The notes under the pieces: model-generated
Told to the model about the DNA's origin: nothing
What the model saw: only the letters and a program-made list of their open reading frames with translations
The model's database searches: none
Assembly (NCBI GenBank): GCA_963800305.1
Contig: CAWDAO010000007.1
Coordinates: 28,683 to 92,682, forward strand
Length of the DNA: 64,000 nucleotides
From: an uncultured Actinomycetota bacterium
GTDB taxonomy: Bacteria > Actinomycetota > Actinomycetes > Propionibacteriales > Nocardioidaceae
Reading direction: 5' to 3'
Shown: positions 39,442-53,554 of the stretch, one piece after another
Position numbering within the stretch: position 1 is the first letter of the stretch
How the letters are laid out: each line of letters begins with the position of its first letter
Translations under genes and position numbers: made by a program

Positions 39442-41505
39442 TCACAGGTCACCGGCATCCACCTGGACGCGGACCGCGTCCAGCTTGCGTCCCGAGCGGA
39501 TCCGCTGCAGCTCGCCCAGGGCGCGGGAGAGCTCGAGCCCCCGGTGGCGGGGGACGCGCAGCACGACCCGCTCCTGGCCGTCGGGCAACCGCACCGGCCC
39601 GAGGACCTCCACGCCCCCGGGCACCTCCAGGAGGGTGAGGGCGTCGTCCACGGCGCCGGGCGGGCCGCTGATCGTGGCCAGGCGGGCCGCCGGGGGCAGG
39701 TGTGCGTCCTGGCGCTCGCCGATCTCGCGCTCGACGAACCCGGTGTGATCCCAGCGGACCAGGGCCTGCACCGCACGGTGGGCCGGGTCCGCGACGACGA
39801 TGACCTCTCCCCCCGGGCGCACCAGTCCGACCGCGTTGCTCCAGCGACGCAACGCCTCCTCGGAGGCCCGCAGGTCGTCGCGGCCCACGGCCAGACGTCC
39901 GTCGAGGAGTACGACGGCCGCGTAGCCCTGCCGGGCCACCGGTTCGGCCCCCGGGGTGGCCACCACGAGGCTCGGGGAGCCCGCGACGGTGTCCAGGACC
40001 CGCTCGGCGGAGGAGGTCAGCACGCGCACGGAGGGGAAGCTCCGTCCGAGCTCCTCGGCGGTGCGCGACTCGCCGACGACCGGGGCCCGAAGTCCGTGCC
40101 CTGAGCAGTGCGGGCAGACCCAGCCGGGGGCGACCGTGGCGCACCAGCGGCACTGCGGCGGGCTCGTCGCCCCCGTCAACCTCAGCGGGCCGGTGCAGGC
40201 CGGGCACCGGGCAGGGGTCCAACAGCGGTCGCAGGCCAGCGCGGCGGCGTACCCGGCACGGGGGTTCTGCACCAGCACCGGCCCTCGCGTCAGGGCCGAG
40301 CGGATCACCTGATGGACCTGGTGCGGGATCCGGGCGGTGCTCGCATGCGGATCGCGCTCCCGGTCGGTGTCGGTGGCCCCGGCGACCGTGATCCGGGCCT
40401 GGGCGCGCACCCGCACGCGGGGCGCCGTGAGCTCGGCGGCCCAGCCGGTGCGCAGGAGGTACTGGGCCTCGGCCGACCGGGCGTACCCGGCCACCAGGAT
40501 CGCGAGACCCTCTCGTTCGGCCCGCAGGAGCAGGGTCTCCCGGGTGTGCGGGTAAGGGGCCCGCGGCTCGGCGTGCAGGTCGTCGCCGTCATCCCACACG
40601 ACCACCAGACCGAGCTCGTGTATGGGAGCGAACGCGGCCGAACGGGTGCCGACGACGATCCGGCGCTCGCCCCGGCTGAGCATCAAGAACCGGCGGTAGC
40701 GCTCAGCCGGCCCCAGGTCCGCGGTCAGCGCGACGTGCCGGTCCGGACCAAGCACCGCGCGGAGCGCGAGGTCGACACGGTCCACGTCCTTGCCGTCAGG
40801 CACGCACACGATGGCCCCGTGGCCGGCGGCGGCCGTCACGGCCGCCACGTGGGCGAGGAGGGCCGGCCAGTCGTCTCCGGGTGCCAGCGTCGCCACCGCC
40901 CTGGGAGCCGCTTGCGACAGGTGGCCCAGGAACGCTGCGGCCCGGTCGAACCCGGCCCAGGCGTGGACCGCCGCATCGTGGATCTCGGTGGGATCCAGGG
41001 GTGTCGGTGCTCCGGTCGGGCTGGGCTGCTTCTCCACCGTCGCGTGTCGCGGCGGGATGGCCAGGCGCAGGACGTCGGAGCGAACCCCGGCGTAGCGCTC
41101 GGCCAGGTCGGCGGCCAACCGGGCCACCTCGACACTGAGCACCGGCTCCTCGCCGACCACTCGGCGCAACGGGGTCAGGGAGCCGTTGTGCCGGCTCGCC
41201 TCGGTCCGCTCCAGCACGAACCCGTCGGCGTCGTGTCCGGCGAAGCGGACCTTGACCCGCACCCCGGGACGGACCGTCTGGTCCATACCCGCCGGAACGC
41301 CGTAGTCGAACGTGCGGTCCAGATGGGCGAGGGGCACGTCGACCAGGACCCGCGCCACCGGGTCCGTCGACGCCAGCGCAGGGCCATCCGCGCCCGTGAC
41401 CCGGGAGTCCCGGTCGCGGGCCGCGGCCCGCGCCTTCTTGACCTTCTTCCGCACCAGGCCGGGGAGCAGCTCGGGCTGCTCCTCCGGGGCGGGGTCGTCG
41501 GTCAT
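39442..41505 (-). CDS. priA: Primosomal protein N'
   Basis: HLDRTFDY, VVGTRSAAFAP, four CxxC zinc motifs. Confidence 0.92.
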   Translation of the reverse strand: MTDDPAPEEQPELLPGLVRKKVKKARAAARDRDSRVTGADGPALASTDPVARVLVDVPLAHLDRTFDYGVPAGMDQTVRPGVRVKVRFAGHDADGFVLERTEASRHNGSLTPLRRVVGEEPVLSVEVARLAADLAERYAGVRSDVLRLAIPPRHATVEKQPSPTGAPTPLDPTEIHDAAVHAWAGFDRAAAFLGHLSQAAPRAVATLAPGDDWPALLAHVAAVTAAAGHGAIVCVPDGKDVDRVDLALRAVLGPDRHVALTADLGPAERYRRFLMLSRGERRIVVGTRSAAFAPIHELGLVVVWDDGDDLHAEPRAPYPHTRETLLLRAEREGLAILVAGYARSAEAQYLLRTGWAAELTAPRVRVRAQARITVAGATDTDRERDPHASTARIPHQVHQVIRSALTRGPVLVQNPRAGYAAALACDRCWTPARCPACTGPLRLTGATSPPQCRWCATVAPGWVCPHCSGHGLRAPVVGESRTAEELGRSFPSVRVLTSSAERVLDTVAGSPSLVVATPGAEPVARQGYAAVVLLDGRLAVGRDDLRASEEALRRWSNAVGLVRPGGEVIVVADPAHRAVQALVRWDHTGFVEREIGERQDAHLPPAARLATISGPPGAVDDALTLLEVPGGVEVLGPVRLPDGQERVVLRVPRHRGLELSRALGELQRIRSGRKLDAVRVQVDAGDL

Positions 41506-41528
41506 GTCCGAGTGTCTATCAGGACCCC

Positions 41529-41550
41529 CCGACGTCGACCCCGACGTCGG
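41529..41550 (-). terminator. Hairpin downstream of metK
   Basis: ccgacgtcg-accc-cgacgtcgg, flanked by cccc/gggg. Confidence 0.5.
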
Positions 41551-41562
41551 TGGGGACTCCGC

Positions 41563-42768
41563 TCAGGCTTCGACGGCGGCCTTCAGGGCATCGACGCGGT
41601 CGGTGCGCTCCCAGGTGAACTCCGGCAGCTCGCGGCCGAAGTGGCCGTAGGCGGAGGTCAGCGCGAAGATCGGACGCAGCAGGTCGAGGTCGCGGATGAT
41701 CGCGGCGGGACGTAGGTCGAAGACCTTCAGCACGGCGTCCTGGATGGCCTCGTCGGAGACCGTTCCGGTGCCGAAGGTCTCCACGAAGACGCCGACCGGG
41801 GCGGCCTTGCCGATGGCGTAGGCGACCTGGGCCTCGCATCGCTTGGCCAGCCCGGCGGCGACGACGTTCTTGGCCACCCACCGCATGGCGTAGGCCGCGG
41901 AGCGGTCCACCTTGGAGGGATCCTTGCCGGAGAAGGCTCCGCCGCCGTGCCGGGCCATCCCGCCGTAGGTGTCGACGATGATCTTGCGGCCGGTGAGCCC
42001 GGCGTCTCCCATCGGACCGCCGGTCACGAAGGTCCCGGTCGGGTTGATCAGCAGCCGGTAGTCCTCCGAGGGGATGTCGAAGGAGGCCAGCACCGGGTCG
42101 ACCACGTGCTTGGCGATGTCGGGCGTGAGCGTGGACTCCAGGTCGATGCCCGTCGCGTGCTGGGTCGAGAGCACCACGGTGTCGACCCGGACCGGGTGGC
42201 CCTGCGCGTCGTACTCGACGGTGACCTGGGTCTTCCCGTCGGGACGCAGGTAGTCGAGGGTGCCGTCCTTGCGAACCGCGGTGAGCTGCTCCGAGAGCCG
42301 CTGGGCCATCAGGATCGGCAGCGGCATCAGCACGTCCGTGTCGTCGCAGGCGTAGCCGAACATCAGGCCCTGGTCTCCCGCGCCCTGCTTGTCGAGCTCG
42401 TCGACCGAGGAGCCCACGCGGGCCTCGTGTCCGTCGTCGACGCCGGCTGCGATGTCGGTCGACTGGGCCCCGATGGCCACCTGGACCCCGCAGGTCGCGC
42501 CGTCGAAGCCCTTCTCGGAGTGGTCGTAGCCGATGTCGAGAATCTTCTTGCGGACCAGCTCGGCCACCGGCGCGTAGGCGTCGGTGCGTACCTCTCCGGC
42601 CACCACGACCAGACCGGTGGTCAACAGGGTCTCGACCGCGACGCGGAGGTCGCGGGGGTTGGAGTCGTGGGCCATCAGGTAGTCCAGGACGGTGTCGCTG
42701 ATCGCGTCGGCGATCTTGTCCGGGTGACCCTCGGTCACCGACTCGGAGGTGAACAGGCGTCCAGCCAC
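41563..42768 (-). CDS. metK: S-adenosylmethionine synthetase
   Basis: [28 protein letters not shown]. Confidence 0.97.
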   Translation of the reverse strand: MAGRLFTSESVTEGHPDKIADAISDTVLDYLMAHDSNPRDLRVAVETLLTTGLVVVAGEVRTDAYAPVAELVRKKILDIGYDHSEKGFDGATCGVQVAIGAQSTDIAAGVDDGHEARVGSSVDELDKQGAGDQGLMFGYACDDTDVLMPLPILMAQRLSEQLTAVRKDGTLDYLRPDGKTQVTVEYDAQGHPVRVDTVVLSTQHATGIDLESTLTPDIAKHVVDPVLASFDIPSEDYRLLINPTGTFVTGGPMGDAGLTGRKIIVDTYGGMARHGGGAFSGKDPSKVDRSAAYAMRWVAKNVVAAGLAKRCEAQVAYAIGKAAPVGVFVETFGTGTVSDEAIQDAVLKVFDLRPAAIIRDLDLLRPIFALTSAYGHFGRELPEFTWERTDRVDALKAAVEA

Positions 42769-42892
42769 GGTGGTCTCACTCTCGCTCGAGATGGTTCGCT
42801 ACGCATCGGCGGTAGGCGGATCGCCGGCTCGGCCTCCGGCCCGCCCAGCCTAGGCTTCGCCGGTGCGGGGACCAATATGCAAGACAGTCGTC

Positions 42893-44140
42893 TCACCCAC
42901 CGAATCGCCGCGCGACCTGGTCCCAGACGACGTGCGCGAGAACCGTCTTGGACGTCGGGGGGACTTCCACGGGTTCGTGCCCGTCCGCTGACAAGACCAC
43001 GGCCGCGTTCTCGTCCCGTTCGAAGACCCCGCCCCCGCTGACGTCGTTGACCACCAACAGGTCGCAGCCCTTGCGGGCCAGCTTGGCCCGGGCCAGGTCG
43101 AGCACCGAGGCAGAGTCGTCGCCCGTCTCGGCGGCGAAGCCCACGATCACCGAGTCCGGCCGGGCCCGGCCGGTGGCCAGCTCGTGCAGGATGTCGGGGT
43201 TCTGTCGCAGCTCGAGGGTGGGCGCGGACCCGTCGGTCGACTTCTTGATCTTGGTCTTGCGCGAGTCCACCGGGCGGAAGTCGGCCGGCGCGGCGGCCAT
43301 CACCACCGCGTCGGCGTCCACGCTCTGCTCCAGCACGGCGCGCCGGAGGTCCTCGGTGGTCCGCACGCGCACCAGGTGCGCTCCGGCCGGGTCGGACAGC
43401 GTCACGTTGGCGGCCACCAGGACCACCTCGGCGCCTCGGGAGACGGCGGCTCGGGCCAAGGCGTACCCCTGGCGCCCCGACGAGCGGTTGCCCAGGTAGC
43501 GCACCGGATCCAGCGGTTCGCGGGTCCCCCCGGCCGAGACCACCACCCGGCGACCGGTCAGGTCGCGCCCCCTCCGGCCGCGGGCCAGGACCTGACGCGC
43601 CACTTCGAAGATCTCCTCGGGGTCCGGCAGACGGCCCTTGCCCGTGTCGTGCCCGGTGAGTCGTCCCTCGGCGGGATCGAGCACCAGCGCACCCCGGTCC
43701 CGCAGGGTCCTCACGTTGGCCTGGGTCGCGGGGTGGTCCCACATCTCGGTGTGCATGGCAGGGGCGAAGACCACCGGGCACCGCGCGGTGAGCAGGGTGT
43801 TGGTCAGCAGGTCGTCGGCCAACCCGTGAGCCGCCTTGGCCAGCAGGTCGGCGGTGGCCGGGGCGACCACCACGAGGTCGGCCTGCTGCCCGATTCGCAC
43901 GTGAGGGACCTGGGCGACGTCGGTCCACACGTCGTCGGCCACCTCGCGGCCCGAGAGGGCCGACCAGGTGGCGGCCCCCACGAAGCGCAGCGCAGCCGCG
44001 GTCGGGACCACCGTGACGTCGTGGCCGGACTCGGTGAAGCGTCTTAGCACCTCGCAGGCCTTGTAGGCCGCGATGCCGCCGGAGACGCCGAGCACGACCC
44101 GAGGCCTGGGGGCCGGCTCGGCGGCGGGCTCGGTGCTCAA
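42893..44140 (-). CDS. coaBC: Phosphopantothenoylcysteine decarboxylase/ligase
   Basis: GGIAAYK, PAMHTEMW, GGTREPLDPVRYLGNRSSG, GFAAET. Confidence 0.96.
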   Translation of the reverse strand: MSTEPAAEPAPRPRVVLGVSGGIAAYKACEVLRRFTESGHDVTVVPTAAALRFVGAATWSALSGREVADDVWTDVAQVPHVRIGQQADLVVVAPATADLLAKAAHGLADDLLTNTLLTARCPVVFAPAMHTEMWDHPATQANVRTLRDRGALVLDPAEGRLTGHDTGKGRLPDPEEIFEVARQVLARGRRGRDLTGRRVVVSAGGTREPLDPVRYLGNRSSGRQGYALARAAVSRGAEVVLVAANVTLSDPAGAHLVRVRTTEDLRRAVLEQSVDADAVVMAAAPADFRPVDSRKTKIKKSTDGSAPTLELRQNPDILHELATGRARPDSVIVGFAAETGDDSASVLDLARAKLARKGCDLLVVNDVSGGGVFERDENAAVVLSADGHEPVEVPPTSKTVLAHVVWDQVARRFGG

Positions 44141-44144
44141 TCGG

Positions 44145-44483
44145 CTATTCGTCGAGGGAGGTGACGGCCGCCGCGTCCAGAGCGGCCTGCTTGGCGGCGG
44201 CCTCCTCGGCGGCCAGGACCGCGGGGTCGACGTCCTCGCAGGTCAGCTTGTCGCCGTTGATCTCCCGCAGCGCGATGGACAGCGGCTTCTCCTGCACGTG
44301 GGTGTCGACCAGCGGGCCGACGTACTCCAGCAGGCCCTCGCCGAGCTGGGAGTAGTAGGCGTTGATCTGCCGGGCCCGCTTGGCGCTGTAGAGGACCAGC
44401 TTGTACTTGCTGTCGGTCTTGGTCAGCAGCTCGTCGATGGGCGGGTTGGTGACACCCTCGGCGTTGATGTTGGGCGCAGACAC
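44145..44483 (-). CDS. rpoZ: RNA polymerase omega subunit
   Basis: [12 protein letters not shown]...SKYKLV...[11 protein letters not shown]...[11 protein letters not shown]. Confidence 0.95.
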   Translation of the reverse strand: MSAPNINAEGVTNPPIDELLTKTDSKYKLVLYSAKRARQINAYYSQLGEGLLEYVGPLVDTHVQEKPLSIALREINGDKLTCEDVDPAVLAAEEAAAKQAALDAAAVTSLDE

Positions 44484-44518
44484 GTGGATAAGCCTCACAG
44501 ATCGTCGGGGCTGGGATC

Positions 44519-45118
44519 TCAGGGAAGGGGGCCGGTGGTCGGCGCCTGGCCCAGCGCCAGCAAGGCTACCAACTCGTCCGCGGCGGCGTGAACTTCGCGA
44601 TTGACGATCGTGACGTCGAACTCGTTCTCCGCGGCGAGCTCCTCGCGGGCGGTGTCCAGACGGCGTCGCCGCTGCCGGCTGTCTTCGGTGCCCCGGGCCG
44701 CCAGGCGACGCTCCAGCTCCTCCCACGAGGGTGGCTTGAGGAAGACGAACAGTGCCTCCGGCATGGAGTCGCGCACCAGACGAGCCCCTTGCAGGTCGAT
44801 CTCCAGCATCGCCGGCCGACCGGCGGCCAGCGCCTCCTCCACCGGGCCGCGCGGGGTGCCGTAACGGTCCTGCCCGTGCACCACGGCCCACTCCAAGAGC
44901 TCCTCGGCCTCGATCATGGCGGTGAACCGCTCGGGGGTCACGAACCAGTAGTCGCGGCCATGGACCTCCCCGGGCCTGGGGGATCGGGTGGTGGCCGAGA
45001 CCGAGATCCAGACCTCCGGATGCCGTTCTCGTACGGCGGCGGCCACCGTGCCCTTGCCGACCGCCGTCGGACCGGCCAGCACCACCAGCCGGGTCGGCCC
45101 CGTCGCGCCAGCGGTCAC
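44519..45118 (-). CDS. gmk: Guanylate kinase
   Basis: [31 protein letters not shown]. Confidence 0.95.
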   Translation of the reverse strand: MTAGATGPTRLVVLAGPTAVGKGTVAAAVRERHPEVWISVSATTRSPRPGEVHGRDYWFVTPERFTAMIEAEELLEWAVVHGQDRYGTPRGPVEEALAAGRPAMLEIDLQGARLVRDSMPEALFVFLKPPSWEELERRLAARGTEDSRQRRRRLDTAREELAAENEFDVTIVNREVHAAADELVALLALGQAPTTGPLP

Positions 45119-45438
45119 CGGGCGGGGTCGCCGAACTCCCGCTCGAGCGCCGCGACCTGCTTGACCCCCAGGCCCCGCACCCGCCGGGACTCGGCGATGC
45201 CGATGCGCTCCATGGTCTGCCGGGCCCGGACCTTGCCCAGCCCCGGCATCGACTGGAGGAGCTCGACCACCCGCATCTTGCCGATCACCTCGTTGGTCTC
45301 TCCCTCGCGCAGTACCTGGACCAGCGAGCCGCCGGAGTTCTTCAGGCGATTCTTGACCTCCGCCCGTTCGCGTCGCGAGTCGGCCGCCTTGGCGAGGGCA
45401 GCCTGACGCTGTTCGGGCGTGAGTGGGGGCAGAGCCAC
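45115..45438 (-). CDS. mihF: Actinobacterial integration host factor
   Basis: [25 protein letters not shown]...SRRVRGLG. Confidence 0.95.
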   Translation of the reverse strand: MALPPLTPEQRQAALAKAADSRRERAEVKNRLKNSGGSLVQVLREGETNEVIGKMRVVELLQSMPGLGKVRARQTMERIGIAESRRVRGLGVKQVAALEREFGDPAR

Positions 45439-45556
45439 GTTCGGGTCCTTCGGTCGACGATCACGACGGGAGCACGTCGTAGGGCGGAGACTAGTCAGTT
45501 CTCGAGCCGGGGGGCAACGCGCCCACGGGGCTGGGGCGCCGGACCCACGGCAAGGG

Positions 45557-46012
45557 TCACAGCGACAAGGGCATCTTGCACACGTCGCGGGCCTGCTGCT
45601 GGACCCCCTCGAGGGCCCGGACCGTGGGAGCGGCGACCAGTTGCTCGGCGGCCGCGTCGATCGCGGCCATCTCCGAGGTGGAGAGACCCTCCGGCGGGTC
45701 CTGGGCGGAGTAGGTCTCCGGGTCGACCCCCGCCTCCTCGAGGGCGTCCACCAGCGCCTGGACCCGGCCCACCACGGTGTCCCACTCGTCTCGCAGGTCC
45801 GAGGGTGACTTCTCCCGCAGCGCCCGGAAGCTGGGCAGGGCGACGATCAGCGCCGTGGGCCCGCCGGCGCCGAGCGCCTCGCTGAGCGGCTTCTGCTGGG
45901 CGGCGACCTCGTCGCAGTAGTCGGCGAAGGGGTCCTGCTCACCGCACGCCGCCGTCGTGACGGCCATGATCGCGACCACGAGGATCGAGCCGATCGCGCG
46001 AGCGCCGCTCAC
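45557..46012 (-). CDS. Putative lipoprotein
   Basis: Lipobox TAAC after a hydrophobic signal; GTGA overlap with pyrF. Confidence 0.75.
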   Translation of the reverse strand: MSGARAIGSILVVAIMAVTTAACGEQDPFADYCDEVAAQQKPLSEALGAGGPTALIVALPSFRALREKSPSDLRDEWDTVVGRVQALVDALEEAGVDPETYSAQDPPEGLSTSEMAAIDAAAEQLVAAPTVRALEGVQQQARDVCKMPLSL

Positions 46013-46830
46013 GACAGCTCCTCGTTGGCTCGCTCGACCGCTTCGCGCAGGGCTCGCGGATCGGGCCCCCGGCCCAGCACCGCCCGCGAGGAGCTGGGCA
46101 GCACCTGTGCGGCGGCGGCGCCGAAGATACGTCGTACGTCGGCCGCGGTGCCCCCCTGGGCACCGTAGCCCGGGGCCAGGATCGGACCGTTCAGGTCGAA
46201 CGCCGACGGATCGACGAGCTCGGGGTCCGCGATGGTGGCGCCCACGACGGCCCCGAAGGACCCCCAGGGCTCGGCGTCCCGGTTCAGCTCTCGGACCCGG
46301 TGCAGCACCTGCTCCCCCACGCCCACTCCATCCCGGGTGGCCCGCTGCACCTGCGCCCCCTCCGGGTTGGAGGTGAGGGCGAGGACGAACAGCCCGGCGT
46401 CGTGGCGCCGGGCGGTCTCGATCATGGGGCGCAGCGATCCGAACCCCAGGTAGGGGCTGACGGTGACCGCGTCGACGGCCATCGGGCTCCGCGGGTCGAG
46501 GTAGGCGTCGGCGTAGGCCTGGGAGGTGGACCCGATGTCGCCGCGCTTGACGTCGAGCAGCACCAGCGCCCCGGCCTCGCGGATGCGGGAGACGACCTTC
46601 TCCAGCACCGCGATGCCCCGGCTCCCGAAGCGCTCGTAGAAGGCGCTCTGCGGCTTGACCACCGAGGCGTACGGCGCCACCGCGTCGACGCCCCCCAACG
46701 CGAACCGCTCCAGCCCCGCGACGTCGTCCTCGAGGCCCCAGTCGTGAAGCAGCGAGGGATGGGGGTCGATTCCGACGCAGAACCGGCCGCGCTCGGCGAC
46801 CGCGGCGTGCAGGCGGGTTCCGAAGGTCAT
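46009..46830 (-). CDS. pyrF: Orotidine-5'-phosphate decarboxylase
   Basis: [31 protein letters not shown]. Confidence 0.95.
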   Translation of the reverse strand: MTFGTRLHAAVAERGRFCVGIDPHPSLLHDWGLEDDVAGLERFALGGVDAVAPYASVVKPQSAFYERFGSRGIAVLEKVVSRIREAGALVLLDVKRGDIGSTSQAYADAYLDPRSPMAVDAVTVSPYLGFGSLRPMIETARRHDAGLFVLALTSNPEGAQVQRATRDGVGVGEQVLHRVRELNRDAEPWGSFGAVVGATIADPELVDPSAFDLNGPILAPGYGAQGGTAADVRRIFGAAAAQVLPSSSRAVLGRGPDPRALREAVERANEELS

Positions 46831-47887
46831 CGGTCGTACTCCTCCAGTCCGGCCACGACGCGCACGGGCCAGGCCGGCCCCTCGTAGATGAACGCACTGT
46901 AGGCCTGCAGCAGGGTGGCACCCGCCGCGAGCCGGGACCGGGCGTCCTGTGCGCTGCCGATGCCCCCGACCCCGACCAGCGTCATCTCCGGGCCGACCCG
47001 GCCGCGCAGCATCGCCATCACCTCGGTGGCCCGTGGCATGAGCGGAGCGCCGGAGAGCCCTCCGGCCCCGACCTGCTCGATCTCCAGCGCCGATGAGTTC
47101 AGACCGGCCCGCGAGACGGTGGTGTTGGTGGCGATGATCCCCGCCAGCCCCAGCTCCATGGCCAGGTCGGCCACGGCGAGCACGTCCTCGTCGGCGAGGT
47201 CGGGCGCGATCTTGACCAGCAGCGGCACGGCTCGTCCCGCGGACCCGTCGACGGCCTCGCGCACCGCCTGCGCCAGCGGGCCCAGGCGCTCCACCGACTG
47301 CAGGGTGCGCAGACCGGGGGTGTTCGGGGAGCTCACGTTGAGGGTCAGGTAGTCGGCGTAGGGCCCCAGCAGTCGTGCGCTGAGCCGATAGTCGGCCAGC
47401 ACCGCCTCCAGATCGTCCTCGGGCACGACCTTCGACTTGCCGATGTTGACCCCGAGCACCGGACCGCCCCGGCGCCCCGGTCGCCCGCCCTCCCGGTGGG
47501 CCAGTCGTCGGGCCACCGCGTGCGCCCCGTCGTTGTTGAAGCCCATCCGGTTGACCACCGCCCGGTCCGCGGGCAGCCGGAACAGTCGCGGGCGGGGATT
47601 CCCGGGCTGGGGTCGGGCGGTGACCGTGCCGACCTCGATGTGCCCGAAGCCGAGGGCGGCCAGGGCGTCGATGCCGACGGCGTTCTTGTCGAAGCCGGCG
47701 GCCAGCCCCAGGACGTGGGGGAAGCGCAGCCCCATCGCCTCCACCGGGCTGGGCTGCTGTCGTCGCTCGCGCGGCCGCGAGACGGTGCGGAGCAGGGGCC
47801 CGAGGGCCCGCAGGGCCGCGAACCCGAGCCGGTGGGCCAGCTCGGCGTCGACGTGGGTGGCGCCGCGGTCGAAGACGGTGCGGTAGA

Positions 47888-47891
<4 letters not shown>
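46827..47891 (-). CDS. pyrD: Quinone-dependent dihydroorotate dehydrogenase
   Basis: [38 protein letters not shown]. Confidence 0.95.
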
Positions 47892-51241
<3,350 letters not shown>

Positions 51242-51242
51242 C

Positions 51243-52382
51243 TCAGGCTCCGCTCATCAGGTCGACGAACCGGTCGAAGAGGTACGCCGCGTCGTGCGGC
51301 CCGGCGGCCGCCTCGGGGTGGTACTGCACCGAGAAGGCCCGCAGCCGGCCCTCCCCGTCGCGCAGCTCGAGGCCCTCGACCACGTCGTCGTTGAGGCAGC
51401 GGTGGCTCACGCTCGCCTCGCCGTACGGCGTGGTGGTCGAGCCGGTCAGCGGCGCGTCGACGGCGAAGCCGTGGTTGTGGGCGGTGACCTCCACCTTGCC
51501 CGTGGTCACGTCGATCACCGGCTGGTTGAGGCCGCGGTGACCGTAGGCGAGCTTGTAGGTGCCGAAGCCGAGGGCGCGGCCGAAGAGCTGGTTGCCGAAG
51601 CAGATCCCGAAGTAGGGCAGGTCCCGCTCGAGCGCACCTTGGAGCAGCTCGACCTGCGCGGTGGTGGCGGCGGGGTCACCGGGCCCGTTGGAGTAGAACA
51701 GCCCGTCGGGCTCGACGGCGAGGACGTCCTCGAGCGAGGCCGTGGCGGGCAGCACGTGGGTCTCGATGCCGCGCTCGGCCAGGCGGACCGGGGTCATGCT
51801 CTTCAGGCCGAGATCCAGGGCGGCCACGGTGAACCGCTTCTCACCCTGGGCGGGGACGACGTACGTCGCGGAGGTGGAGACCTCCGAGGAGAGCTCGGCC
51901 CCGCTCATCGGGGCCGAGGCCAGCACCCGGCGCAGGAGCGCCTGCGGGTCGGACTCGGTCGAGGAGATCCCGACCCGCATCACACCGCGCTCGCGCAGGT
52001 GCCGGGTCAGGGCGCGGGTGTCGATGCCGGAGATGCCCACGACGTCGTAGGCTCGCAGCTCCTCGTCGAGGCTGCGGCGGGCGCGCCAATTGCTCGGGAT
52101 CCGGGCGGGGTCGCGCACGACGTAGCCGGCCACCCAGATCCGGCCCGACTCGGGGTCCTCGTCGTTGACGCCGGTGTTGCCGATGTGGGGAGCGGTCATC
52201 ACCACCACCTGGCGGTGGTAGCTGGGGTCGGTCAGGGTCTCCTGGTAGCCGGTCATGCCGGTGTTGAAGACCGCCTCGCCGACGGTCTCCCCTGTGGCCC
52301 CGTAGGACTCGCCGCGGAAGGTGCGTCCGTCCTCGAGGACGAGGATCGCCGGGACGCTCGGGGCGGGGGCGTGCGCAGCCAC
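51243..52382 (-). CDS. carA: Carbamoyl-phosphate synthase small subunit
   Basis: [36 protein letters not shown]. Confidence 0.96.
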   Translation of the reverse strand: MAAHAPAPSVPAILVLEDGRTFRGESYGATGETVGEAVFNTGMTGYQETLTDPSYHRQVVVMTAPHIGNTGVNDEDPESGRIWVAGYVVRDPARIPSNWRARRSLDEELRAYDVVGISGIDTRALTRHLRERGVMRVGISSTESDPQALLRRVLASAPMSGAELSSEVSTSATYVVPAQGEKRFTVAALDLGLKSMTPVRLAERGIETHVLPATASLEDVLAVEPDGLFYSNGPGDPAATTAQVELLQGALERDLPYFGICFGNQLFGRALGFGTYKLAYGHRGLNQPVIDVTTGKVEVTAHNHGFAVDAPLTGSTTTPYGEASVSHRCLNDDVVEGLELRDGEGRLRAFSVQYHPEAAAGPHDAAYLFDRFVDLMSGA

Positions 52383-52387
52383 GCCGT

Positions 52388-52427
52388 ACCTCCTTCTCCG
52401 CCTCACGGGACGGATCGTTAAAGGATG
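52388..52427 (-). promoter_or_regulatory. PyrR-binding RNA element overlapping the carA RBS
   Basis: CATCCTTTAACGATCCGTCCCGTGAGGCGGAGAAGGAGGT; 39/40 identical to the element before pyrR. Confidence 0.88.
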
Positions 52428-52501
52428 CCGAACGGTGCAGAGACTAGCAGCGTGTCCGGGCCAGGCATCGCCACGGGCCGGGTCACGACCAGCTCGTTGC
52501 G

Positions 52502-52535
52502 GTTACGAAGTGCTACTCTCGTTACACAATGCTAC
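52502..52535 (+). promoter_or_regulatory. Direct-repeat operator over the TA promoter
   Basis: gttacgaagtgctac / gttacacaatgctac (12/15); G(T/C)TAC at 52502, 52512, 52521 and 52531. Confidence 0.55.
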
Positions 52536-52553
52536 GTCTTCCGGAGGTAGGCC

Positions 52554-52940
52554 ATGGCTCAGCCCCACGACAAGGTCACCCGCTTCTCAGCCGAGCTGGT
52601 CGTCGCGGCCGCGGCCGAGGGCGCACGGCAATCGCGTTCCGCCCGCCAACAGCTCGACCACTGGGTGCGGGTGGGGCGGGCCGTGACCAGCGTGTCCAGC
52701 TCGCAGCGCAGCCGAGTCGTGGCCGCCCTGGCCGGTCGACTCCCGATGCACCAGCTCAGTGAGGAGGAGAGCGTCGTGGTGCACGCGGAGATCTCCGCGG
52801 CCATCGAGGAGAACCTCGAGTCCACCCACTTCGGCGACGCGCTCGCCGCCGAGGGGATCACCACGGTGGCCCTCGATGACGCCGGCAACCTGGTCGAGTA
52901 CCGCCCCGACGGATCGACCTCGGTCTTGACCGAAGCCTGA
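52554..52940 (+). CDS. ParD-like antitoxin
   Basis: TRFSAELV.AA..EG..QSRSARQQLDHWVRVGR; resembles the mycobacterial Rv0367c type. Confidence 0.8.
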   Translation: MAQPHDKVTRFSAELVVAAAAEGARQSRSARQQLDHWVRVGRAVTSVSSSQRSRVVAALAGRLPMHQLSEEESVVVHAEISAAIEENLESTHFGDALAAEGITTVALDDAGNLVEYRPDGSTSVLTEA

Positions 52941-52949
52941 GTCGCGACG

Positions 52950-53540
52950 GTGCGACTCGATCTCGTGGTCGGGCCGAACGGAGCCGGCAAGACCACGTTC
53001 ACGCGGCTGGTGCTGCTGCCGGCGCTGCCGCCCGGGGCCGTCTTCGTCAACGCCGACGAGCTGGCGGCGACGCGCTGGCCCGAGGACCCGGAGGGCCGCT
53101 CCTACGACGCGGCGCGGGTGGCGGCTCGGACTCGGACCGCCCTGATCCGGGCTCGGCGACCTTTCGTCGCCGAGACGGTGTTCTCACACGAGTCCAAGCT
53201 GGGTCTGATCGACTCTGCGCGCGCCGCCGGGTTCACCACCGTCCTCCATGCGCTGTTGGTCCCCGAGGAGCTGAGCGTTCTCCGGGTGGAGCGGAGGGTG
53301 GCGGCCGGCGGGCACCCGGTCCCGGAGCAGAAGGTGCGCCAGCGCTACCGCCGGCTCTGGGCGCTGGTCGCCACCGCCATGGAGCGATGCGACACCTCGA
53401 CGGTCTACGACAACTCCGCTCGGCGCGGTCCTCGCGCGGTGGCGCGCTTCTCCCACGGCGTGGCCGTAGGGGACCTGCGCTGGCCGACCTGGACGCCGGG
53501 CGACCTCACCGACCGGTGGACCGATCGCGCGCCCCCGTGA
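52950..53540 (+). CDS. Zeta-toxin-like P-loop ATPase
   Basis: GPNGAGKTT, FVNAD, ETVFSH, RV..RV..GGH.VP, YDNS; resembles the Rv0366c type. Confidence 0.85.
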   Translation: MRLDLVVGPNGAGKTTFTRLVLLPALPPGAVFVNADELAATRWPEDPEGRSYDAARVAARTRTALIRARRPFVAETVFSHESKLGLIDSARAAGFTTVLHALLVPEELSVLRVERRVAAGGHPVPEQKVRQRYRRLWALVATAMERCDTSTVYDNSARRGPRAVARFSHGVAVGDLRWPTWTPGDLTDRWTDRAPP

Positions 53541-53554
53541 TCGGCCGGCCGCGC

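Noticed and set aside
39442-41505. PriA lacks a Walker A motif
   Set aside because: A degenerate helicase domain is usual for actinobacterial PriA, so this is neither novel nor a pseudogene.
42769-42892. Possible SAM riboswitch in the metK leader
   Set aside because: Only a GC-rich hairpin; no SAM-I or SAM-IV core motifs recognisable.
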